A DNA stretch of 52,969 nt, counting the filler, from Catajapyx aquilonaris (Eukaryota), in assembly GCA_000934665.2 (NCBI GenBank). It is 2 parts of 2 records of this genome, joined end to end, with 100 filler letters (N's around TTAATTAATTAA, not from the genome) between each part and the next. Parts side by side here need not be neighbours in the genome. Positions count along the whole stretch, not along the records: positions 26,554 to 52,969 come from JYFJ02005212.1; 1 more part is not named here. The stretch is one strand, 5' to 3'. This document shows positions 40,101 to 52,100 of the stretch, piece by piece (position 1 is the stretch's first letter; each line of letters begins with the position of its first letter). A program made the translations under genes and the position numbers. The notes beneath the pieces were generated by a model. It saw only the letters and a program-made list of their open reading frames with translations. It was not told where the DNA came from and searched no databases.

Positions 40101-43100
40101 GTCAAACACATCAGTCATCACCCTAGCCCATAAGAATTTCTCTGGGACGGCCTTTGCACTTGATGTGCTCAGCATTAGTTTTTTGTTGTACAAAACCTGG
40201 AGACAACTTGTGGTGAGAACCAATTTAGCGTCAAGGACTTTTGTAATGTTTGAGCAACACTTAGCCTTCACTCATAATGGTGCTTCGTGTGCGAATAACG
40301 AAATTCACGGACAGTAATCATGGAGCATGATTTATTTTGCATCAGCCATGATATAATTTATGTAGGTTAACGTGGAGTACAAAATGCAATTACCACTTGA
40401 GCTTTCTGTTGTAAAATGTGGTAATGAATCACGTCCAGTAGTGCGTCTAACATCTCATGTTGATGCCACCGCATGTTTTGCAATTTTCTTGGCCGCGGTA
40501 TGAAGGAGCAAAGCGCCATTTAGCACTACAATTAGTTCCACTAGTCACCTGGAACACACAAACCCATATAGTCTTTTGTTCATTTGCTATCACTACCCAG
40601 CGTAATGACGATATGCTAGAGAATGAATATCTTGGCAGCTGAGATGAGTCCTATTTCTTGTAGGTTCGGCACAAAGTTCGACATCACCATGGAAGACCCA
40701 AGAGACAAGAAAGTGATTTGCATCCTCACCACAGCCACGTGGGTGGCTCTTACACCCCAGGAACATATGTGGTCAGTGGCGACACAGAAGAACGAGGACC
40801 TTGGGGTCCTTGGTCAGAACCTAGTGACTGCTCCAGGTCGTGTGGCGGTGGCGTCGCTTTTCAAACCAGACAATGCCGAGATCGAAGGTGAGTACACACT
40901 GACCTACTGGCTATTTTAGTGTCTAGATATATCTACCTGCTCACGTACAGTGCGTCTCAAGTAAAATCCTGAATGGCCATCGTAGAGAAGCCCCTTTATC
41001 TGCTAAATGGCCCGGCTTAGTTGAAGCCACCTGACTCGCATCCATTGTGCACGACCTCCTTTTTTTTCTTCTTCTTTCTAAAGTGTGTTCGACCAGTGCC
41101 CTTCTACCACCCTTACTTTTGTCCTCAACCCTGGAATTTAGCAGCCAAGGCCCACCCTAAGCACGTGCAGGAACATTCTTCGTATCTGCAAAGTATGCTA
41201 ATACTTATGCTATGAGCATACTTTTCATAGACAGAAGCTGGTCACAAAGGCAATGGCGATTACGTAAGGTGGATGAGAAAGTATGTTTTTTATGTAGTTT
41301 CCACCTGTTGGATGCAAAGCACGTACATAAGGAGGAAGAGGCGGATGATGGGTCCAGTCGGCTTTTTGGAACCTGACCTCTGACCCTCCGACCCCTACAC
41401 ACACCCACATGGGATGATGGGAAAAAATGGATAGATTGGGGGCCCTGTGGTTTCTCACTTTGGGAAGACCAAGCCGTCCCACTTCATCCCCTGTTCTTAA
41501 TTAAACAAGCAATTATTAAATCTCGATGACTTCCATACAGGCGCTATTAGCTGGTTACTGGTTGGGTGGTCTCATGTTGTTTACAGGTGAACTATTAATT
41601 GGGCTTGCATATGTTATTACCTCACTATCCCAAAAATAGTGCATTAGGCCCCTCTTTTGTCACATATAGCAAGAGGCCAGATGGAGAACATCTTTCTGTG
41701 GGGTGTGATCCTTGTCAAGAGCCACCCCTTTTCACTTCTCTCACTGCTGTCTGTCGTAAAAAAAAAAAGGCACCACCAATATAAGGACTTGCTATGGCGG
41801 CTTCCGTCACTCTAATTCTACACTGTCACAATATTTTAGACGCAGTCTTCTTTTTAATGTGCTCAAATGGTTCTAAGGAAGGTGGGATGACGAGGGAGGG
41901 GGGGAGCATTGAATGAACCAGTTAACTACCCATAAAGACCCTGGAATGTGGAGAGAAAATTTGTCAAGTGTTTTAGGAGCCGCGTGGCTGATTTATGAGC
42001 ATGGATTAAGAATGGTGGTCAGCAGTCTATTCTTTACCGAAAAAAAATGTCTTTTATTTTTTTGCAGACCTGAAGGTTCCCACTCGTGCACTGGGCCACC
42101 CAAGCGCTACTTTTCCTGCAACATTCAGGTGAGTTTTTAAATAATAAAGCATATTTAGGTGTGGCACACTAACCACGTGTGGTTGTATGATTTAGCTGCG
42201 GTTAACCAAGACAATGCGGTATATCACAGGAAGAACGAGTATCTCCTTAATACAGCAGGAAACCACAGATGCCCCGGCAGGAAGCACTAATTGCAACTAT
42301 GTTTCAATCTAAAAAAAAAATTGTTACGTTACATAACCATTTTTAGAGCAGGATACAAGTAACATTCCCATGAACCTGGTTAATTCCAACAAGTCGTGAC
42401 TAAGGTTTCTGACACAAAAAGTGTGTCGTGAGTAGCTCAATACAAGCCACCGTGCAAAAACTTATATATCTGCAGGCCTTCAAACACGTTCTTTTTTTTT
42501 TTTGCAAGATGGTGCTGCGAGACTGCATAGCGCCTTCTATACACCTGTTTCTTGTCTTGGCTTCAACCAGTTTCTCTGGATCAGACCATGCTTTTCATTC
42601 AGAGTGACTGGAAAGGATGGCAGGTGACATATGGCCAGATGAATCGGTGTTAATTGCAGGGATGTTTCACGTTACTTTCACATTTCGAGTGTTTTTTTTT
42701 TTTGGTAGCTTTTTTTGAAAAATTGAGGTTAAAAATGGAATGTGATCAGTGATTGAGGATTTATTTTCTAGGACGAAAAGGTCTGGGATTAAACAGTCAC
42801 GCATGCTGGAATAGTTTATTATTCGGTACAAAATTGCTTCTTATGTAAACTGCGGTTTTTTGAAGACGAATGATCGGTGAGTGTTTTATATAAAAAACTG
42901 GATGTACAACCTCGGCGTGATTGTGTAATTTGGTGTTTACGGGGAATCTTGTTATTTATGCGACAGATTCATTCTCGATTTTTTGGAATCTTTCAGATTG
43001 TCACGTCCTTATAAATTCAGTTAATGTTGGTTCCCTAAACGAGTACACTAAATTCTTTCGTCCTGGTTTGATTTTTTGCCACATTTTTGATCGTCTGCCA

Positions 43101-46100
43101 CATATCACTTTTTATACCATTGTCCCGCATAAAAAAAAAGGATCGGGACAAAAACCTTACTACCGATCCTTGAGTAAAAGAATGGAAAGGGGCGTATAAA
43201 AAAATCTTGAATCAGCTTTCCGGGGGCATTAATGGCCTGAGCAAGATGAGAGGGCAGAAGAGGAATAGTAATGAGATATAAGATGGTGGACCACAATCAC
43301 CGTGATGATGAGCCCATGCCACGTTTCCCCATCGTTTATCATTCGATGTCAGTGCATAAGTCAGCAGTGTTGTTTATGTTTGGGGGCGATTAGATCAAAT
43401 TCCGCCACGATAGTTTGCGTGCAGGGAGGTATTAACCAAACTATATGGATGGACAAGGTATCTTCTACTAGGAGGTGTCAAGTCCCGTTAAAATTAGTCA
43501 CGACCAGAGGCCCTACGATCCATCCAATGTTTTGACGGAAGTTTAGTTTCCGGGAGTATAAGCCCTGTTTCATTTACAGGACTGTCCGGAAGGAGCCCAG
43601 GATTTTAGGGCAGCACAGTGTACAGAGTTCAACGAACAGGCATTTGAAGGCCGATTTTATGAGTGAGTATGAAACAAAAGGGTATTGATAACACTATTAA
43701 CGTCTGCTATGTACAGGTGGCTGCCTTACACCAAGGCTCCAAATAAGTGCGAGTTGAACTGCATGCCTAAAGGAGAACGCTTTTATTACCGGCACAAGAA
43801 GAAGGTAATTGACGGAACCAGATGCGACGAAGAGAGTCACGACATTTGCGTTGATGGGAAGTGTCTGGTGAGTGACCCTGACCATCCACATGAAAAAGGG
43901 ACGGAAGAATTTTTCACCTGACTGATAAAACGTTCCTTGACACTTGCAGCCTGTCGGATGTGACATGATCTTGGGGTCGAACACAGAAGAAGACAAATGC
44001 AGGGAATGTGGTGGCGACGGATCCAACTGCAACACGGTCCAGGGTTCCCTTGACATCGAGAATCTTCAAGTTGGTGGGTTCGATTCTCTTCTCTTGCTGA
44101 TGTGGAGTAGTGCTCATGTGAAGGGAGTACTGCTCATGTGAAGGGAGTACTGCTCATGTGAAGGGAGTAGTGCTCATGTGAAGGGGAGTAGTGAGCTATA
44201 ATTGGTGGGAAAGGAGAGAAGAGCATCGTGATTGGCTGAATGGCTCACAAGATTTCCATGTCTGGAACTAGTTGCATTTGGAGCGATCTGTGTCAGACCC
44301 AGTCAAATCCATGAGAACCACCTTGCAGTGAGGTAGATTCGTTACGCAATCCCGTCACGAGTCCACCGGTATCATCAAAGGGACCATTCCCCACCCCTGT
44401 GCATTTTTCCTTGCCGCTGCCTCTGGGCACATTTCGGAGGTGATACTTGCTCCTTCCTGACCAGACTTCCAAATGAGGTCCCACTGGATCCACATGCACA
44501 AAAAAATTAAACCATCTGACAAATTATTGCTCCAAGTTTTGTTCTGTTGTTAGTTATGTGGCGGGACGAATTCAGAAATGAAGATACTCGTTACCACCGA
44601 TGAATATTTGATGGTGTGAATACTCTGTCTTTGTTCTTTCTACAGGCAGGTCTATGAATATTTTTGGGAATGAGGCCACTCTTTTATTCATGCTGTTTGT
44701 TTACTGCTTCAATCAGCGAAGGGCAAACATGTCCGAGTCACCACACGTACAGGCTAAATTGGTCAATTTATTTTGTATCGCATCATCTCACTTCATTACT
44801 AGGGACGTCCAATCTGGTGGTGTAAATTGAGCACAGTTTACCTAAGAATGAAGCTGTCACTTTGTGAGTCATACTTTTTATACAATAATGATGATGATTG
44901 TAAAGGGAGGAGGCCAACAAAGGCTATTAGAGGAGGCAGAAATGGCGCCAATGCATATCTGCAAGTCTGCAACCTGCATGGCAAGTGCGGTGTTTGGGCT
45001 GCGGATTGCCAGGATATTCTGGCTTTGAGAGTTTGCAAAATATTTGGCGATAAAATGAATGTTGGTGTAGAATACACCATGGTGAAGTAAGGACGAGGCA
45101 GAAGGGCATATTTTATTTAATTGTTTTAGTGAATAAATGTCACAAGTGATCCAGGTGTCCTTCAGGTGGACATCATTCTGAAGATAGCTCATGACATTTG
45201 ATATGTGCAGGTTACAATGATGTTTTGCTGATTCCTGCTGGTGCTACCAACATCCTAGTGAAGGAGAGAACAGCTTCAAATAATTACCTAGGTAATGTCT
45301 GTGTGATACCCTGTCATGGTAGTAAAATGAACCAATGATATTATGTTGATCAATAAATGCCGTATTGTTTCTCTTACCCAGCTGTGAGGAACCTGACTGG
45401 CTATTACTTTCTCAATGGTAATTGGCGCATTGATTTTCCTCGAGAACTCAAGTTTGCCAACAGCATATTTCATTATGAGAGGAAACCACATGGGTTTTTT
45501 GCACCAGAAACCATTCGAGCATTGGGACCAACTAATGAATCAATCTACATTGTGGTATGTAACATAATTATGTCTCTTTTGCATTTTCACTTTCAAGTTT
45601 CCTATCAACTAATATTGTGCACATATTTCAGGTATTATTCCAAGAAGCTAGTACAGGAATTGACTATGAGTACAGCCTTCCTAAGGGTGCAGTGCAATCA
45701 GAGACTGACAGTTATTCTTGGGTAATGGGAGCATACGGTGAATGCAATGCACCTTGCGGAGGAGGTAATTTTAATTTGTGCATAATTAAATTTTTCGAGT
45801 TAACTTATAAATAATTTTATTTGTTTGCCTTGATAGGTTCCCGGTACAGAGATGTGCGGTGTATGAAAGCTAGTACATTTCAAGAGGCAAGTGAAGATTT
45901 GTGTGACCCATACCAACGTCCACCAAGTGAAGAGTCATGCAATACTGACCCCTGCCAACCACGGTAAATGTCATTTCACATCATTGTGGAAATCACAAGA
46001 TTGTACCTAATGTGTGCGATTTCTTTCCTTCAGATGGTTTATTGGAGACTGGAATGCATGCAGCGCAACGTGTGGTGAAGGAACACAGTTCCGATATGTG

Positions 46101-49100
46101 TACTGTGAGCAAGTTATATCTGGAGCTCATCCATCAGTCGTTCAAGATGAAAAGTGCCTTGAAACAGTAGGACCAAAGCCTGAAGCTGTCCAGAAGTGCG
46201 GCGAAGAACAAATATGCCCCTCCTGGTTCGTGGGCCATTGGTCCCCTGTATGTTGACGGTGATAATGAGCTCACAAAGGTCAATAATCTTAACAGGAAAT
46301 TGAATCAGACTTAAAAGCGACACACTGCATTTAACATGTGCTCTGACCCAATTTCATACCATGCAGCCGAGCATCTTCTAGGACAACTTGAACAAATATA
46401 GAATTTTATAATTTTTAAAGTGTAGCTTTGATCAGGGAGTTGAAAGTAGCATTATATTTGGATATCAATTTACTATGGAAATTATTAATCCACTTCACAT
46501 AGCCAGATGTGGATGTCTCTTGATCTGTGCATGTAATTTTCAGTGTGATCACCTCTGCGGAGATGGAGTCCAAAGGAGAAGAGTTGTGTGCCACATGAAG
46601 ATTGAGAACCGAGTTGAGATACTGCATGATGGTTCATGCCCTAGTCCAAAGCCAGAAAATTCAAAACCATGCTTTGTCCAGCCTTGTGAAGGAGTAGATT
46701 GGGTCACTACTGCATGGACTGGGGTAAGTTAAGACCTATTATTTGGATTGATAATGTCACACAGTGAAACCTACTTGTATAGTTGACCTAAATATAGCAG
46801 GAACTTGTATGTTACAAAAAAGTTCTACATGTAATGGAATGGAAATTCATACAGAATTTGAGAAGTACGTATACTGACTTTGGGCAGTAGTTTGAAGATA
46901 TTATTAATACAGTGAGTACTATTCTTTTCCTACTTTAGTGTTGTCAGATAATAACACTGTTCAGGAAAATGTTCGTGAATCAGAAGGATTCTGCTATGTG
47001 CAGGTTTCACTGCAGTACATAAGTACGTTTGAATCACTTTTATTATGGTTAATACATTAAATTTAGTGTGACAAGTGTGGCCAGACAAATGAGAGTCGAC
47101 AGGTATTGTGCTCGACCCAAAAAGGGGAAATTTATCCAGATGAAAGTTGTCATGAGTACAGACGCCCTCCAGCAGTTCAAGACTGCAAAGACTTTCAACC
47201 ATGCCAGTATGCATGGTACGCAACACAGTGGAGTGAGGTAATTACTTTTTGCTTATCACTACTGAATTATTTAGTCTACTGCTTTCTTCACACGCCTCTC
47301 GCATGCCCTTTTCCAGTGCTCCTCGAGATGTGGTGCTGGTGTTAAGAGCAGATTAGTGTTTTGTGGTGAGTCAAGTGGAGGAAGTATCAAGACAGTGGAT
47401 GATGATAAGTGTGATGCAGAGAAGAAATATGAGTCTGAGGAGGAATGCGTGGGGACTGAAGAGTGTGGAGGAGAATGGTATGCTGGGCCTTGGAGTAAGG
47501 TAGGACAGATTTGTGAATTGTGCACATATGTTAATGTGTATAGGACGTGCAATTATGCTCTTTTTTGTGTTATTGACCAGTGCTCCAAAAACTGTGGAGG
47601 AGGCATCATGACACGAAAAATCTTGTGCTTTGTGGAGGATAAAGTTGTTGACGTGAAGAATTGCATGGCAGATTCTATTCCATTCTCTCAAGAAAGTTGT
47701 AATGGACATCCATGTGGTCCAGGTAAACTGTTCCTGTACAATAATCAAAAGAAATGTCTCTCTTGCACAAGTTTACAATGGTTGAGTTACATTTGCAGAT
47801 GAAATAATGCCAATGGAGCCAGAAGAAGTTGTGGATGAAGAGGAGGAATGTATTGATGAAGAAGAGTACATATCTACAACTGACTCCATTTTGGGCTCAG
47901 GGGTTGGTTGCACTTTTATTTGTCTGTTGTGTTAACTAAAAAACAGTAACTTATACTGGTTCTTGTGTATGCCCACAGGATGGCCTCAATGCAACTGACT
48001 TCACTGAATTTGGTTCAGGAGATACCGAACCAACAGAGGGTACTGAGAATGTAACTGTACTGACCAGTACAGAGTTTGATACTAACATGACAGAACTCAC
48101 CACTTCTTCCTTAGACCTTAACGTGACTGAATTGAGTAGTCTTTCTACTATTGAATCAAACTTTACTAGCATGACTGCCAATGTGTCTGAACTTAGCACC
48201 ACTAACTTCACTGAGTTGACAGCCAATGTGAGCGACATCTTCTCAACAGAGGAAGGAAACTTGACAACAGAATCAACTGCTGATCTGAACATGACAACAA
48301 TTGAACTTAACATTACTGAAATCAGTACTGTGGAATCTAATGAAACAGATATTAGCAGCACTGAGTTTACTACACTGGATTTGAATGTTACAACTGAAGA
48401 ATCTAATGAAACAGAGATTAGCAGCACAGAGTTTACTACACTGGATTTGAATGTTACAACTGAAGAATCTAATGAAACAGAGATTAGCAGCACTGAGTTT
48501 ACTACACTGGATTTGAATGTTACCACTGAAGAATCAAATGCGACAGATCTGAGTTCGGATACATCCATCACAGTGGATGCAAATGCAACAACTGAGGAGT
48601 TGAATGCCACTACATGGGAATCAACCACAGAAGATCTTAATGTTACAACTGATGGGCTAAATGTGACAGATTTGAGTACACTGGGTTTGAATGTGACTGT
48701 TGCTGATTTTAATATGACAAGTGAGGATCTAAACATTACAACTGATGATTTTAATATGACGGAGCCAACCACATTGGACATGAACATTACTACTGAGGAT
48801 TTCAATATGACTGAATTAACCACACTTGACTTAAATGCTACCAGTGAAGATCTGAATATGACCGAAAGCACCACAGTTGATTTGAATATGACTGAAAGCA
48901 CCCCAGTTGATTTGAATATGACTGAAAGCACCACAGTTGATTTGAATATGACTGAAAGCACTACAGTTGATTTGAATATGACTGAGCTCACCTCGATAGA
49001 TCTGAATGTGACAACAGATCAGATGAATGCCACTGAACTCAGTACAGCTGAGACGAGCAGTGTGGATGCCAATGCAACCACAGAAGAACTGAATGCCACG

Positions 49101-52100
49101 GAATTGAGTAGCATTGCAGATTTAAATGCAACTTCTGTGGAATATACAACTTTGGGTTCCAATGTGACTGAGGAGGAATCAAATGCTACAGACCTTTCCA
49201 CACATGAGGTTACTTTGGATTCGAACATGACAACTTCGGAATTGAATGCCACTGAGGTGAGCATGACTGAAACTGATCTGAATGCAACTGAACTCAGCAC
49301 CTTGGAGGCAAATGCCACTGAATTGACTGCCAACGTAACTGAACTCACGTCAGAAGGACTCAACGTGACTGAACTCACCTCTGAAAGTCTGAACATCACA
49401 GAGTTGACCTCAGAAATGTTGAATATTACAGAGCTGAATGTCACTGATGTGACTACCGAGGGACTTAACATGACAGAGCTGACCACACTAGAATTCAACA
49501 TGACTACGCTTGATCTTAATGTGACAGAGCTGGACTCTAATGCCACAGAATATTCAGGTATGTCTTTCGATAACATTTGTACAGAAGTCAATCATCAAGA
49601 TTCACCAAGACACCAGGTTTGAAATTCCTAACCTGTAGTGCCTGTAGTTAATTGGAATGTACAGTAGAATAGGTAATTTGTAGCATGGTGGTAGTGCTCA
49701 TAACTAAACCACTGACTTAACAACCTGAAGTACTTGCCAGACTGATGATACAAATTAATCCTGCATTTTGAATGCAGCGAGGACACCCTTTGAGATGGCT
49801 GTCACTCAGGAGCAGAGGGTACACACATGCAAGCCCCGTAAAAAGAAGGAACCATCACTTCATTGCGAGGAGACCCAGTTTGGCTGCTGTCCAGATGGCG
49901 TTACTGAAGTTAAAGGACCTTTCCTGCAAGGCAAGTGTTTTTATGATACTGCAAATACCAGTGTTACAGTTGTGCATATGAACAGGCTGCCCGCAACCCA
50001 AGACCTGCAATGATACCGAGTTTGGATGCTGCCCCGACATGGTGTCCGTTGCAGAGGGAACTAATGAGGAGGGCTGTCCTGTATATCCATGCGAAGAAAC
50101 TCTATTTGGGTGCTGCCCAGATGGAATATATGCATCACAGGGCAATGAATTTGAGGGCTGTAAACTTCCTTGCAACATGACTGAGTAAGTAAAGTTAAAA
50201 AGATGGGTTGTTAATTGAAACAATTTTTGAAACATTTTAAAGTTTCTCATGTCTTCTACCTTGATCAGTATATTTTCGTATGCCTTATATTCTATGATCC
50301 CTGTCATTGTTCAGAAACTTTGCAGATATTTAGTATATGTAGCCATTACAATCTCTGGATTTAGTGAATTATTGTCAAGCAAGATTGAATGTATATTAAA
50401 GCAATTCGTCCATTGCTTTACAGTTTTGGTTGTTGTCCTGACAATGTCACTGAAGCTCAAGGCCCTAATGAGGAAGGTTGCGAACCAGAAGGTACTACTA
50501 CTCTGAGTCCAAGTGAAGAGTGTCAGATGTCTTCTTACGGTTGCTGCCCAGTGGGAGATAAGCCAGCAGAGGGACCCAACTATCAAGGATGTCCAGAGAT
50601 TATGCCTGACAACTGCACTGCTTCTTACTTTGGATGCTGCCCAGATGGTTTCACTGCAGGTGCGATTGAATATTGTTTATTTATGACATTATGTAGGCCT
50701 ACAGTACTGTACCTTTATGAGATTGAGGGAATTTATGTAGAGTCAATGAACTACATTAGGGATATAATCATTTTTAACAGCTGATTTTTTACTGTGTATT
50801 TTAGTGATTTTAAACATATTGAGTGGTTGTTCAACTACACATTAATCATGCAAAAATAGCTTTGGGCATTCGCAACGAGGGCTGTGCCAAGCCATGTGGT
50901 GAGACTGCCCATGGCTGCTGTGAAGATGGCTTGACCCCTGCCCATGGTCCAAACCGAGAGGGCTGCTGCCTCAATACTGAGTTTGGATGCTGCCCGGACA
51001 ACACTGTTCCAGCCCAGGGCACCCATTTGGAAGGGTGTGGCTGCCAGTACTCACCACATGGATGTTGCCCTGATAACCAGACTGCTGCAAGAGGACCATC
51101 CAATGAAGGTTGTGGATGCAGGTATGTAACACATTCTAAATTAATTACTAGTAATGGAAGTGTGTTAACCAATGAAATCCTTTAGATTTACCACCCATGG
51201 GTGCTGCCAGGATGACTACACTCCAGCAGGAGGCCCAGACTTTTCTGGGTGTGCATGCCACACCTTCAGATTTGGATGCTGTCCTGATGGGTTCTCCGTG
51301 GCTAGGGGTCCCTACCAGGAAGGATGTGGATGTGAATATTCTGAACATGGGTGCTGTCCTGATCGACGCACCCCAGCTCAGGGCCCTGGGGGACAAGGAT
51401 GTGGATGTGAATCATCAAGATTTGGATGCTGTCCAGATGGGGTGTTTGAAGCCCAAGGGGATGATTTTGAAGGATGTACTGACTCACCTAAGGAAGCTGG
51501 CAGTAAGTCATGTCTGCTCACATTATCTTGTAGATTAACCATTAGGGTGCCATATAATATACGTTGGGGGAAAAACTCATCTTGTATTAAAGGCACCAAA
51601 AAAAATTGGGTGCAAATTCTGGCTCAAAAAATCTTCCTATCCATAAGGTTACATACATGATTATCCTCTACTTTCATTCAAGTGCACAATAATAACCTTG
51701 GGTAAATGAAATTTTAACAACAGGAATGTGCAGTTTGGACCGAGATCGAGGTTCATGCCGCAATTTCTCAGTCAAGTGGTTTTTTGACATGGAATATGGT
51801 GGGTGCTCACGCTTTTGGTATGGAGGATGTGAAGGAAATGACAATCGCTTTGGGTCACAAGAGGAGTGCAAGGCTGTATGTGTGGAGCCACCTGGACGAG
51901 GTATGCAGCTTGAATCCAATACATACTGTGTATTCAATACTCTTTGCTTTTTCCAATGGCCTTCTTATTCAGGAGATAGGTGAGATTTTCTGATGTTTTG
52001 CACATACAATTAACTCACATTCACTTTTTCACATTTAGAGGCGTGCTACTTACCAAAGGTCGCTGGTCCATGTGAGGGCTATTATCCCAGCTGGTATTAT

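Noticed and set aside
44104..44193. Repeat array as a CRISPR
   Set aside because: The units are directly adjacent with no unique spacers, and the context is a eukaryotic intron.
43580..45764. Calling the gene an ADAMTS protease
   Set aside because: No prodomain or HEXXH metalloprotease exons lie between the signal peptide and TSP1. The downstream lagrin-like and Kunitz repeats identify papilin.
47951..49591. Long antisense ORFs (346 aa and 190 aa) opposite exon 18
   Set aside because: They are the expected shadow of a low-complexity repeated coding strand. The S/V-rich translation mirrors the sense codons and has no independent gene signals.
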